A stretch of DNA of 64,000 nucleotides from Octopus vulgaris (Eukaryota). Made by a program: the position numbers and the translations under genes. The DNA lies in the NCBI GenBank assembly GCA_951406725.2, contig OX597836.1, positions 1,674,001 through 1,738,000 on the forward strand. Reading direction: 5' to 3'. A model generated the notes under the pieces. It saw only the letters and a list, made by a program, of their open reading frames with translations. It made no database searches and was not told the DNA's origin. Position 1 is the first letter of the stretch. Each line of letters opens with the position of its first letter. This document shows positions 43,036-58,885 of the stretch, one piece after another.

Positions 43036-43734
43036 CAGTCACGCACATATGTGTTTACTTGCCAACGTATATACGCAAACCCGTGTGTATCTATGCGCAT
43101 GCTCGCTGGCGTTTGTATGAAGGTCGATAGTTGTGGGTATGTTTACATTGTGTCAGATTAAATAACAGCGCAAACGACAATAAAGACCACAACATCAACA
43201 ACAACAACACGCTGAAAGAACATTTTTTGAGTATGGCCACAAAGTGAGACGAAACCAAATATTTATGGAAAATACGTATGTCCGTGTATGCGTGGGTGTG
43301 TATGTGTAAGGGTTTGTAGGAGTGTCTAGGCGTGTGTGTGAGTGTGTGATGGGTGCGTGCATGTGTATGTGTGTGTATGTGTGTATGCCGTTTCGTCTGA
43401 TTATGTGTATACAACATGTACATCACGGATATCTATGTGTGTGTGTGTATATATGTATATATATATATATATATAAATACACGTGCACACACATACACAT
43501 ATAGACACACACACATATATATGACGGCATGCATAAACAAACGCATGTAGTTATATATAGATAAAGATGGTGGAGAATATGTTTGTGAATAACTGTTTTT
43601 AAGAGTGTGTGTCTTTGTGTGTGTGTGTGTAGCTCCACACACACACACACACACACACACGTACACGCACATACACACATATATATATATACATACATAC
43701 AAGCACACACACACACATACACACACACACACAT

Positions 43735-43788
<54 letters not shown>

Positions 43789-43896
43789 ATGTACACAAAC
43801 ACACATTTGTCGCGAATGAGAAAAAGATAGAGAGGAGTGAGATATAGAATGGATAAGAAGGATTGAGAGAGAACGAGAGAGCAAGAGATAGCAAGT

Positions 43897-43927
<31 letters not shown>

Positions 43928-44643
43928 CGAGAGAGAGCGAGAGAGAGAGAGTGCGGCAGGGAAGTGAGCAACAGAAAATCCCCGAGAGAAACATAAAAAG
44001 ATTAGGAAACATCCACGCTTATATTTTGATAAGATATCGTAAAGTAATTTTTGTCACATTCGAAAATGATATTTTGTTCTTTTGTCTTTTTATATTTATA
44101 TTGTCTTTCGTCATAATTTCTAATTCTGTTTCTGTTTTACTACGTCTTTATACAACATAATTCATTCAAAATAACTATAGTGTTGTTGTTAGTGTAGTTG
44201 TATGTTATTAGTTTAGTATATTTATATATACACACATATATATATATATTTATATATATATATATATACTTATTTAATCAGGGAATATAATTTCAAATGT
44301 GAGGACGAGAAAATATCTTCGGTAAACATAAGAAATTCTAACCCGATAAGATTAGAACACGCAACAACCTTATCTGTCTTGTGCTAGCATTATGTGTGTG
44401 ACAAGAAGTTGTGTGTGCTTGGGTGTCTGCTTGTGTATGTGTGTGTGTGTATGTTATATGCACATACGTTTATATACACGCATACGTATATATTTATGTG
44501 TGTGTGTGTATGTATATATATATATACATATACATATGCATATATATCTATACACCTAAATATATATATGCATATATATATAGGTATATATGTATACATA
44601 TGATATATGATATATGTGTGTATTATACACACACACACACACA

Positions 44644-44707
<64 letters not shown>

Positions 44708-44866
44708 GGAGTGTTAATCTAATATATTTAAATTAACTTTCGATGTTTATTCCTTTTTTTACTTGGTCATGGATTTATACGTGTACGTCCTTGAGTGCAT
44801 GTGTGTACGTGTGTGTGTGTGTGTGTAGGTGCATGTGTGTGCGTTTGCGCGTGTGCATTTATATAC

Positions 44867-44914
<48 letters not shown>

Positions 44915-46828
44915 TACTAATATAAGACAATAAGTTTATTTCCGCAACTTGTTTTTCCTCCCTCACTCGCTTACCGCAATCCCTTCTACGCTATTCTGAA
45001 CGGAAGACTCTTCTGATTCAGTGTGTCAACTCCCATAAATCAGCCATTTTTGAAAATATTTTTTTATGCGATTATTTTTCGTTTTGTTCCAACTTTATCT
45101 CCACGTTACTTTGCGATAACGGATGTTAAGGTTAACAAAATGAAACCTTCGATGAAATTCTAATCACTGCTGTCATCTCCCGGTTCTCCCAGGGAAACAA
45201 GTACGCCGCAATTGGGATTTCGTTTTGATAACGAATGAAACATTCACTGTAGAGAATCATTTTGGTTCACAAAATTAGAAATTCTTTGTTGTTCGGTATT
45301 TTCCTTCTTGTTTAGCCCTGGGTCGTCCATGATTGAGTTAAGTACATGAAATGAAGCTAGAAATGAAACTAAAATCAATGTGGGAGCCGCGTATCTCCCG
45401 ATTCATCCCTCAAAGAACTGGGCGTTTGAGTGCCCCGTAAATATCATTAATGTGTTCGTGATTTTCTCTCACTAAGGTGCAAGACCTTGTAAACTATTCT
45501 TGTGTTTATCTTTCCTCAAGAAAGATTTTTCTGCTCATACGACACAACCAATTCCATGTCAGTGTTTTTGCTCTAGGGAAAAGACCTGGGGTTATAGATT
45601 CTGGCTTTAGTGTTGTCGCAGACATAGTCACTAAAATGCAGAAGCTGTGATCTATAAAAAGGAGTATAAATTCTAACACTGATGATTCTGCTAATCTTTG
45701 GATCGAAACATGTTTCAATTATCGATCTCTGAAAGTTAAACAACAATATTTGTCTTGATTGGGTACAAAGTCAGATCTCAAAATTCTGGACAGATAACGC
45801 AACGCATTCTAACCGTTTCTGTAACGAATGTGCCGATTCAAATATCCTTCAAATCACAGTGGAATGTCTTAAAATTAAGCAGGACGTATAACGATGCAGT
45901 AGCCAGAGATATGTCCAACGTAACACGATGGCGAACGCTGGGATGCCATTCATCACAGATTTGTCAAGTCAGAATAAAGCCATGCCTAAACAACAGCAAC
46001 AACCATAAGAGCGCCAAAAATCATACAAAGACAATCTATGGCTAATGACTTTTAAGCCATGACGGCACCAATTTGTTTAGATTGAAGGCGACGGAAATGT
46101 ATCCCATTAAGTATAAGGAACTATGATTCAATTCCTTCTCTTCCTCTCCCCAAATTCTTCCTTGACTCTTTTTCATTTTATTCTCTACCATTTTGTCTGT
46201 TACACCTCATGTTTCTTTACGCACACATACCAATACAACTTATCCTTTCTTCTTCTTCTCTCACGCGTTCTTCTTCCTTTTACTTTCTTCCTTCGCCATC
46301 TCTTCACTTTTCTCCTTCTCCTCCTCTTCCTACCTCACTTCCCTATACATATTCTTCCTCGTGACATCTTAGGAACAGACTTCTACTACCCTGACAATAT
46401 GTAAAGAACAAATTTCATCAGTTGGTTCATTGTTTTAAAAGTATTAACTGAGGAAGGTATGGCGTATGTGATGTATTTCCTATTCTGTATTACACAATGA
46501 TAAGAAACGTACATATTAAACGCTTTCAAAATATCAATCGTTCGTTTCCTTTCATACGTATACGAGTTGCTGCTAGTTAACCCTTCACCAAAAAAACAAA
46601 ACAAAACAAAACACAAACGTTTATCCTCCTCATTCCATTTACGCAGATACTCTACAAAAGGAGTTGTTTGTTCAATTTTAATTTTGATCTAGTGAAAAAT
46701 TTTGGTATCGTGCATCGCTTTTAAACACAACATGACATATATATATGTGTGTGTGTGTGTGTTTGTGTGTGTGTAAATCTCTCAACGAGAGACATATCTA
46801 TCTATCTATCTATCTATCTATAAACCTA

Positions 46829-46870
<42 letters not shown>

Positions 46871-46955
46871 GGTATATGTGCATACTACATACATGCTTAC
46901 ATATATATATTTCAATATATTGTATATTTGAATATATGTATATATATACATATGT

Positions 46956-47036
<81 letters not shown>

Positions 47037-48329
47037 TACATACGCACACACACACGCACATGCATATGCATGCACACACACATACTGACCGACTTGCACA
47101 TCAGCAGCAATAACATAGACACAAACATCTGCAACATCTATATTCTTATCATCGTCGCTAAAGACAAGAAGGCTAGAAAAGAAACAAAAAACAAAGAGCA
47201 AATAAAAATAAAAACAAAAACAAAGCAATAGCATTTGTCTCGAAGAAGAAGAAGAAGAAGAAGACGAATATCGAGAGAAAAGTAAAGTACTGACAGATTG
47301 CAGGATAAATAGAGGAATATTGGTAAGTTGGAAAATGTTTGTTACAAGAATAGAGAATTTGTTCTGTCTTTCCTATTCGAAATAAACATTAAAGAATTCA
47401 ATCAGAAGAATTATGTTTTTGTTTGAAGAATTATTTCGAAATATCGAGTGTATGTCTGCAAAATGATTAAAAATTCTAGACGTTATATTGAAATATTGAT
47501 ATAAGTGTATGGACATTTTATATGCTGCAATCGAAAGAGTCTCATACTTATTTATTTATAAATGTGTATGTGTATATATATGCGTGTTTATAAATGTATA
47601 TGCGTATTAGGTATGTGTGCGTAGGTATGAATTAAGATAGTTTTATGTACGTCTAAGTATATATTGTCAAGAAATTACTAACTAAATAACAAGCAGTTCT
47701 ATGTTTACCTATATACATACACACACACGTACAAGTATATAAATATATATATATATATATGCATATACATATTCAAATACATGTAAACGTACACGCATAT
47801 ATGTATATGTATACACACACACACATATATATGTATATATAAAAGATAGATAGATATGCCCATATGCAAATGTATGTTTGTAAGTATGTATGTATGTATG
47901 TATATATGTATGTGTGTATGTATGTATGTATGTATGTATGTGTGTATGTATGTATGTATGTGTGTATGTATATATGTATGTATGTGACTGAGTTTGTTGC
48001 TTAATTTGTATTCGAAGTTTCCACATATTTCTGGTTACAAGAATTATTTCATCGCATTTCATTTAATTTTGAAATATTTATTCTTTCTCACATTTTAATT
48101 AAAAGACAAAAGGAAGTATTTGAAAATATTACTTATCTTCTGATATTCCAATATTCCAATGGTATGTTGACGAAACTCTCTAGAACAATCAGAAAATTTC
48201 ACATCTATGAATTAGTTTGCTACCTGTTCACCAACTGATCAAGCTATATTTGTCTGTGTTCTTTTAATCTTGTACTTGATTCAGTATATCTTGGCACTGC
48301 CTTATATGCATGCATGTATGTATCTATGC

Positions 48330-48376
<47 letters not shown>

Positions 48377-50275
48377 TGTTGCATAGTATAGCTTTCATTA
48401 AGCGTCGTGTTCTTACGTTTTTTAACTAACAACAACACATTATAAAAAGATAATAAAATATGTCGACGATCCATAATAGTTGATACTTACGTTTGTTAGC
48501 TGACGACACCTTTTTTCTGATGATTTCTTAAAAAGAGGTCTTAGATCTCAAATACTGAAGTACCAGATAAAAGTACTAAACCTCAATGGTACTGTTATCT
48601 GTCATCTTTCACTGACATGTTTCACTGGACATGGTGCACTGGGCATCTTTCACATATTTGAAATTTCGTGATCTTACAGTTCCAGTGAACCTAGTAGACA
48701 ACAACTCTCGCCTATTAATGATATAATTATGAGACATTATGAGAGTTTCTCTTAAGGTAAATAACGCAGTACTCTGTGCACTAACACAATATCCATGTGA
48801 AATTTAAGATCAAGATTACCTTTTACTATTAATCTTTCTGTTATTTATATATAGTTGTCATAAGCTTGTGTGTTCGTAACATATATATGAATGTTTGTGT
48901 GACTAATTATGTGTGCGAATGTATATTATCTACAATGATAATGTTTTAATCAAACTAAATATGTTATCTGCCATTTCGCTGCTTGAAAACGTTTGCTTTA
49001 CCAAATGAATAAAATCTGTATAATTTAATGTTCGAAACAGCTAAACAGAAGGAACACTGAAGAAAGTCAGAAAGAAGGAAGGACTTATTAGAAAGGATGG
49101 TTTAAGCAAGAAGAAAATCGCCAAGAAAGTCAACGTGGTTGTGGTGGTGGTGGTGATGGTGGTGGTGTTGGTGTTGGTGGTCGTGACGGTGGGGAAAGGT
49201 ATAAATAAATTTGTAGTGTGAGGTTAGTTTTAATTAAACGCTTGCTGTAACAGATGAGAGAATAAAAACAAAGGAGGAGGGTGATGGATCGTTGGGGAAT
49301 GGAAAGTGTGGAAGCGTGCTAATCAAAGAACATTGGCTGTCGCCTCCTCTCGGTCATATATTCGCGCAAGCATCGTAGATTTAAAAAAGTGAAGTTAATT
49401 TGAAATTTAAATGACTGAATTCGAATCGAAGTTGGGATTTATAATATGTTAAATGTTGTTTACGCTAATTTAACATATCAGAAAAATACTGTTGCACATT
49501 AATGGAGTTATATAAATATTTAATGATTATTTGTAGTAAGGCAGTAAAGAATTCATATTATCACTGAAAAGGCGAGGTAATTCAGCAATGCCAAAATGGT
49601 TTCGTAAAGTTAAGGGAACAGATTTAGTTTGATTAAAAATCATAAACAAATATTTCGAAAATTTCAGCATTACGTAATTCATTTATCTATCAGAGTCAAA
49701 TATCTGCTGCATTCAATTATTGCAAAGTGTTTAATAAACAATGTATTACATACAGCAGAGGTGAGTGGGGTGGGGGGTGGGGGAGATGCAATTAATTTTC
49801 TTAGAGATTATACGATATGGACAACTAGGAAAATGTCATAGTTAAGAGAGAAGGAATAATTGATAACTAATGAACGTGCAGAAAATAGGAAATTAGTGGA
49901 GGAAATATCTAAGCTCTGTGTTCGATATACAATCATAACAAACATTATTTATTTCCTCACTTACTTTCTTCTGCTTGTTGCAGTTATTGCACTGCAGCCA
50001 TGCTGGGGCACGACCTTGTATGTTGGTGCTTCCATACATTTGCTGTTTCGTATAAATTACCATAACTACGAAATGGTTCAAACTCAATGCGATCCTGTGC
50101 TAATTGACCCCGGGGAAAGCCAAGATAATGTTTGTCGACCTATCATTTTAGAATAACTCTAAACGTCCACAAGAGTGCTTTGTATACATGTAAGAGTTAT
50201 CTACCCAATGTTTCTGCTGTTCTGGCGACGTCTCTGCTTTCGAAAATAAACCAATCATCTTATTTGTATCTTACG

Positions 50276-50343
<68 letters not shown>

Positions 50344-51153
50344 TATCGATCACACGTAGTCAACGGAAGAGCGTCGCTTGTTCACCGGTTGGCTGCGAAT
50401 AGCGCGGAGGGAATGACTTCCTCAAGCAATTGAAAGCCATAGACAGACGTGGCAACTTGCCCCAAATCCCATTCAGGAGCAACGGTCATCAATGTTTCGC
50501 CATATATGTGGAATACCAACGTCACGTGATTGAACCGAGTCTGTGACGAACTGAATCGCGATTTGGAGCGAGTTGTCTCGCCTGTCGATGACATTAAGTT
50601 ATTTTAATATCCGGCGCTTTGCACAATGCTGTTGCAATTCCTAGAGTTATTTGTCTGCTGCACCGATTTGACTGTCCTTGTGTAAATTGTGCTACTTGTA
50701 AAATATTTCAAAACATAATTCACAACTGTTACAAACTGATCTTTAATCCCTTAAATTCTTGAAACCTTCAGCCATAAGCTACAACGTCATTTCGTTTCGT
50801 TTCCGAAGTTAATACTAAACGTACACCATTACAAACAGAAATAAACATTGCAATATTTATATAACTGGATTAATATTTAACTAAAGTTTCCTGGCATGTT
50901 TAATTATGGAAAACAACCTTTAGTATAATGTGACTTTCAGCCACGAATCGAGAAGATTAAATTCAAATATGTAATTAACTTCAGCCATTTAACTTTGGTT
51001 TACTTGTCGAATATGCGGACAAAAATAGATAAAATAGCCTCTGGTCATCGATTCGTCCCTCTCCATTTTCTTCCCATCAACTCTCTCATCTCGTCTTTTC
51101 TGTACACATTTACTCAATGTCCGGCTAATTACAGCATGTCTCTCCCTTTCACC

Positions 51154-51660
<507 letters not shown>

Positions 51661-51958
51661 AATTTACGCTTTCGACCACCTTAGTGGTAATATCTAACAT
51701 TATGTATAAGTTGGTTGTTCTCTTCTCTGTAATTAGTCAGGCAATTAAATTGTACAAATGTAGTCGTATTCCAGGTGAACTACGAGCGTGGAGGGAAACC
51801 GATTGTAACACTCAAGATAAGGATGCTAATGTATTCGTAATACATATTCCATATACTCTAAAACTATTGGATTCTTCATAACATTCTGAATAAAACAATC
51901 AACCGATTACGTGTAGCTGAAATATACATGAACACACACACACACACATACACATACT

Positions 51959-52029
<71 letters not shown>

Positions 52030-52085
52030 ATGTGTACATATCTATCTATCTAGCTATCTCTCTCTATATATATATATGTATGTAT

Positions 52086-52233
52086 ACGACGAGCTTTTTT
52101 CAGTTTCTGTCTAACAAATCCACTGACAAGGTTTTGGTAGGACCAAGTCTATAATAGAAGACACTTGTCCAAGGATTGAACCTGAACCATGTGTTTGGGA
52201 GCAAGCCTCTACCACACAACCACACCTGCGCCT
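52086..52233 (-). mobile_element. SINE family A, 5' half
   Basis: tttcagtttctgtctaacaaatccactgacaagg...gaagacacttgtccaagg...accacacaaccacacctgcgcc. Confidence 0.85.
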
Positions 52234-52235
52234 AT

Positions 52236-52281
<46 letters not shown>

Positions 52282-52776
52282 TATATAAATCATAATAAGG
52301 TACTAAAAGAGAATGACTACACAGACACAATAATATATATGTGTGTGTGTGTGTATGCTTTGTGTATGTATGAATGAACCTATCTGTCAGTTTGTTCTTC
52401 TATCTATCTGTCTATCTATCTATCTACCAATCTGTTTAATCCGTTTTGTTTGGTTTGGACAAAATTCACGTAATGTCCTCTCAAAAGCTCCTACGCTTCT
52501 TGTTGAAAACAAAACACCAGCACCAAAGTGGAGTTAAAGGAAACGATTCAAATACGTAACTATTAAGACTAATCTTAAGTAATGTCTTATGAATATGAAG
52601 AATTGTGACCCAATGATCTTGTGGGGTGTAGAAGCATATTCTGCTGCAGTAATATAGATTATGAATTTCCATATTCACATACTATTATTCTTCATCTCTC
52701 TCTCTCTTCATATATATCTAACATTATATACACACATATACACATACACACATATACACATATATGTATACACATA

Positions 52777-52821
<45 letters not shown>

Positions 52822-54360
52822 GTATATATATATATATATATCATTCATTAATTACTAAGTACACAAATTGGAGTTGCGAAATTTTCCGAGACGATGCTGT
52901 TATTCTAAAGCTTAAAGCGACCAGAGTCACTTTTATTGGTTAACGTATCTCTGTGTACATTACTTACAGGAAATTTAGCTGCTAAACTCTAGTAAATATG
53001 GCGAAACGTGATCTATAATAAACAGATTAAATTTATCTATTTATATATCGTCATATTTAATTATCTTATCCTAGGTACATATATTTACAAAGCTATTTAG
53101 ATTACTTCGATATATGTGTGTCTGACTGACTGTGTGGAAGTGTAATCTTCATACGTTATTTATCTTTTTAATCAACACTTTCTCCTCTCATCTATTTAAG
53201 CTGTCTCTTATACCATTATACTTCCCAGACATTTCCAATGCTCTCATATATTTCAACTCCGCAGCCGAGGTGTTTATTAAACCCCCATTTATTGAAATTG
53301 ATTTCGTTTTCATTGTATGTGTGTATGTGTATGTGTATGTGTATAGGTATATAACTGTATAAATATATGCGTATTTATGAGTGTACGACTTGGAATTTGC
53401 GTTTCTCTCCCAACCACTTGACAACAAGCATTGGTTTGTTTACGTCCTTGTGACTTAGCAGTGCGAAGAAACGAATTGATAGTGTAAGTATTTAACTTAA
53501 AGCTAATTAGTAGTGTCGATTTTATTAACTAAACCTTTCAAGCCGATGCCTCATAATATATATATGCGTATGTGTGCAAATGAGAAAATGTGTAGCATAG
53601 AGATTACACTGCTGGGTTTTTCGAATATATAACGGAACCCGGTTTCCTAAAGAGAAGATACGCTGTGCTCTTAGATAACATAAGTCACTTCACTTCATTG
53701 CCCAATGCTTTCACCTGACAAAGATGAACTTTAACTTAGACTGACACCAAATCAGAATTCGTAGACCACATTTTCATCAATCATTCATTGTTACAACTAA
53801 CAGCCTTCACTTATTAGAGATACGTACAGCAGTAGGCTGCTATATCTTAGGTTTGCCTTTAATAGTTAGTGTCTGTTTTCCCATTTATATTCTGAAAACC
53901 TTTATAAAATTGTTTTATGAAATCAAATAAAATACCCAAAGCAGTCCATTAAATATTTTGTGGTATGAGATAATGAAGAGAAAATATCGCACCTAACTTC
54001 CATAACCAAATTCTTGTGCATCTCGCAGTGTATCATAGAGATAATGAAGTTTTTCATTAAAAAAAACTCGGTGATTGTTAGCCATTGTTACTCGAACATT
54101 CTAAATGATTAATTAACCCTTTCAATTCAAACATCGACTTTAACATCACAAACAGAACTCTTTACAACTGCCTCTAGTTTCGTTGATTCTAACGATATAA
54201 CCCCAACGGAAATTACTTCCGAATCATTTACAATATTACACAATGCATATCGAGATAATATACATAATTCAAATATAATCATCTTATTCAAGATTTATTT
54301 TTATTTTTAAAAATCCTTCAGAAGCGTCGGAAAAAATAAGTTTTGATGATTATTCAAGTA

Positions 54361-55498
54361 TTGGGTCAACCCATAAATAGTGCATTTTTTTATTCGTTGG
54401 AATTTACAGAAAGAAAAAAAAACAAAAGACGAAGACAAGTGTGTAAGCAACAAAGAGATGTATTAGTTTAACTCTCGGGAAGTGAGAAAGTCCTTAAAGT
54501 TTCGAGCCTACGCTCTTCAACAGAAAGCAGAGAGAGAAAATAAAAAAGGGTTGGTGGTTAGCGTATTGGGAGAAAACAGAGTAAGAAAGATTAGAGGAAG
54601 AAGAAACGATAATCGGAAAAAGCAGTAAGTACAAAAATGTTCGGATGAGTTTATTTTGCCAAATTAAAATAAACAAATTCCTTTTTTAATCTAAAATATA
54701 CTCTCCTTCACTTTCTAAAATGTTTTTCCATTTATCTGGTAGACGTCCAGCATCCTTCTTCCAAAATTCCCTTGTCCGTGACGAAAAATACTCCTCCAGT
54801 ACTCGTCTACAGAATTCATATTGTTTCCCTCCAAATGATTTTGAAGACTGCGGAATAATTGATGATCAGATGGGACAATGTCCAGCGAATATGATGGGTG
54901 GGGCATCGATTCCCATTCAAACTACTCCAGCCTTTGGAATGTCATCCTCGCTGTCTCTGGCAGAGTAATATCCTGATGGAAGAACACTTTTGGTCTTTGA
55001 ACCAAAGATAGTCGTTTTCCTATTAGCGCTGAATTGAATGACCAAATCCCAGCTTCTCTGCTAGGTTCTCAACAGTTGCCATGGGACTTTTGTTCCAGCA
55101 GGGATTGCAGGATGTCCTCGTCGAGTTCTACAGATCTTCAGCGGGAGGCTCGTCTTCTAGGTTGTAGCTTCCAGCTCGGAATTTCTTGAGACTGGCTTAC
55201 ACTTATTGTCCAACCCCCATATACTGTATTAATATTCCTCGCACTCTCTGTTCCGATGTTTCCTTTATTGAACTCATAAAGCAAAATATGCCGAATGTGC
55301 TCCTATGTCACTTCTATTATAGTTTTGAAAAAATAACTGTTAAAATCGAACTGCACTCTTCAAAATTTGCATTAAGAATAAGGATAAAGTATCATTCCTA
55401 CCTGCTTTTATTACAAGTTGATGCAAGTAGTTAATCCCACCCCTCCCACTTTGAGTTCATGCAATTGAAAACACGGGATTATTTATGGGATGACCCAA
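54361..55498 (-). mobile_element. Mariner DNA transposon, internally deleted, both TIRs and TA TSD
   Basis: TA-ttgggtcaacccataaata ... tatttatgggatgacccaa-TA; minus strand EHIRHILLYEFNKG, VFFHQD, HPSYSLDIVPSDHQLFRSLQNHL (cf. HPPYSPDLAPSDY). Confidence 0.93.
54410..54640 (-). mobile_element. Penelope pLTR-like fragment with variant hammerhead, inside the mariner 3' UTR
   Basis: Minus strand 54527-54492 CUUU-CUGUUGA-A-GAGC(GUAG)GCUC-GAAA-CUU-U-AAGG; downstream sequence similar to 12690-12770. Confidence 0.65.
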
Positions 55499-55731
55499 TA
55501 TATATTTCTATTGGCCAATATGTTTGGGTGTGCGTATGCGTTCGTATGTATGTGGGGTGTGTGTATGCGGTCGTGTTGAAATGAAGATTTCTCTCCCTGC
55601 TCTTCGATACACGTGTGAGTGTATGCATATGTACACAGACACCAACGCATGTACGTGCACACACATACACACACAATGTAAAGAATATGTGCAGACGGGA
55701 CTCACTTCCGTATCTTTGGCTTAGAACTCAC

Positions 55732-55924
55732 CACAGTGAACCGACGTACGAAAGTGCACTGGACAGCGAAGTGGATGCAGTATGACGGTTTTGTTGCACC
55801 GAACTCCATACCATATATATCCCTGCAGGTCGTAGTAACGGAATGGTCATCGGTTAAACGGAGAAATCGTGTAACTAGGAAAATGCATTTGAGGGTCACG
55901 TTCCGACATTCGACAGATTCATCA
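55732..55924 (-). other. Candidate exon (193 nt), product unknown
   Basis: Acceptor gttattcttgtAG, donor TG|GTGAGT (second donor 26 nt further on); non-repetitive and GC-elevated; one frame open throughout. Confidence 0.4.
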
Positions 55925-56216
55925 CTACAAGAATAACACTGTTCAGGCTTCTACCTGGCAACTGCCCACCAGCATACCTACCTACGTAACTACATAACTA
56001 CCTACCTACCTACCTACCTACCTACCTACATAGGTATATTCATAAATACTAGCATACACACATACTTCCATATTCACATCTTATGTGTCTGTGTGTCTCT
56101 TAGTGGTGATGCCACAGCCTTCCAAGCGTTGGTTCATACGTAAGACATCTATTTGACGGACAACCTGACAGACAGCGCAACAGTCTCCGACGCTCTCAAT
56201 CAAAGTATCTCAACCT

Positions 56217-56250
<34 letters not shown>

Positions 56251-56501
56251 CCCATTTTCTCACACTGAATCTCCTTCCCTTCTTCCCTCTTTCAACACCT
56301 CGTCATTCCGTACCAACATTACTTTCTCTTCATATTCGCAGGCCTTCTGTTTCCTTCTACTTCTGCGACAGGTTGTCCTCCTCCTATGCCTTCCACTTCA
56401 TGCCTCCAACTACAAATCTGGTAATATTACTTTTATCTCACGCACATATGCACACACACACAGCGGCCATAAACACACGCACCTGCACACCTACAAACAA
56501 C

Positions 56502-56536
<35 letters not shown>

Positions 56537-56696
56537 ACATATACACACACATATACAGGCATACATTCACACCACGTCACACAAATAAGTGATTACAGAC
56601 ACGAAGTACAATGAATCGTATATTTGCAAAATATACATACATAAATACATACAGGGACACACACACACAGCGGTCTAGTGTATAGAGAAATCTATG

Positions 56697-56835
<139 letters not shown>

Positions 56836-57156
56836 TACATACTTAACTATATAGCAAATCTCTCTCTATATATATATGCATACATACTTACATATATGTG
56901 TGTGTATGTGAGTCTCTTTGTGAGTATGTGTACATATTGAATGTTTCCTAGACAGACTCTCCCTCTCTCCCTCTCTCTCTCTCTCTCTTATTCTGTTTTG
57001 TCCCTCATACCCTCACCCTCCCTTCTTTCCTCTTCCCTGTCTCTCCGACTTATATGTGATGAAAAATGGAGACTCCAATAATTATTACAAAGCGAAAGCT
57101 GGTCAGCCAACCGTGCCACCGTCTTAGAGCCTGGCTAATATCCAATCATTAAATAA

Positions 57157-57199
<43 letters not shown>

Positions 57200-57349
57200 T
57201 ATTTCTGCTCACACTTTACACATACACACATATACCAGCATATCATATACATACTCACAAAAACTACCGTTACATCTACGTACGCACTTTCAGACATATT
57301 CATCACAATATTAAGCACATATGCGCTCACACACCATCAGGATATGCTT

Positions 57350-57381
<32 letters not shown>

Positions 57382-57571
57382 TATACACATAGGAGCTCTC
57401 ATACAGATCTCCCTATCTGTAAACAGGGACATAAGCAACACAGCCACGTACCGATACATAAAGATATATAAACATACATACATACATAATTACATACACA
57501 CACACACGCACACACAAACATATATATATATACATATACATACACATATACAGACACACATATATATATAA

Positions 57572-57624
<53 letters not shown>

Positions 57625-57678
57625 TACAAACATATACATATATATATATATATATGTATATATATATGTATATATATG

Positions 57679-57709
<31 letters not shown>

Positions 57710-57762
57710 GTATATGTATGTATATATATATATATATCTATATGTATATGTATATGTATATA

Positions 57763-57878
<116 letters not shown>

Positions 57879-58217
57879 CGTATATGTACGATCAAAAATG
57901 TCTTTCGCTCGTGCATTTGGCTTTAGGTTCGTCGATCGGATGCTTCGTGTATTTCTTTATCTCTTCATTCTGTACGAAAGTCACTTAATGAATGTTCAAC
58001 GTTAAGAACAAAACGGAAATTAAAATTATCATTTATTAAAGTTTTGTAAACTCTTCGAACATATTCTTTATATCTATTACAGACTCCAAACTGCATACAT
58101 ACAGGAAGAGGTTAGCTTTGATTCCGAGAAATTCTCCATTGACACAAATATAAATTGTATATATTAATAAAGGACAGGTGTATGTGTATGTGTCTCTGTC
58201 TCTTTGTCTCTCTCTAC

Positions 58218-58318
<101 letters not shown>

Positions 58319-58416
58319 TATATAACTCTCTATATATGTATGTATGTATCTATCTATATATAAATCTCTCTATCTCTCTCTATCTATCTATCTATCTATC
58401 TATCTACCCTACCTAA

Positions 58417-58468
<52 letters not shown>

Positions 58469-58498
58469 TTGTATGTATGTATATACATATATATCCTT

Positions 58499-58885
58499 TT
58501 ATTCTTTGTTTCAGTCATTCGACTGCGGCCATGCTGGAGCACCGCCTTTAGTCGAACAAATCGACCCCAGGACTCATTATTTGTGAGCCTTGAACTTAGT
58601 CTATCGGTCTCTTTTGCGGGACCGCTATGTTAGGTGGACGTAAACACACCAACATCGATGGTGGGGGTATAAATACAGAAACACACACACACACACACGC
58701 ATATATATATATATTTGTATATAGGATGGTCTTCTTTCAGTTTCCGTTTACGAAATCCACTCACAAGGCTTTGGTCGGCCCGAGACTATAGTAGAAGACA
58801 CATGCCCAAGATGCCACATAGTGAGTCTGAACCCAGGACTATGTGGCTGGTAAGCAAGCTACTCACTACACGCTCACTCTTGCAC
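58499..58885 (-). mobile_element. SINE family A, full length
   Basis: tttcagtcattcgactgcggccatgctggagcaccgcc...tttcagtttccg...ggtaagcaagctactcactacac. Confidence 0.92.
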
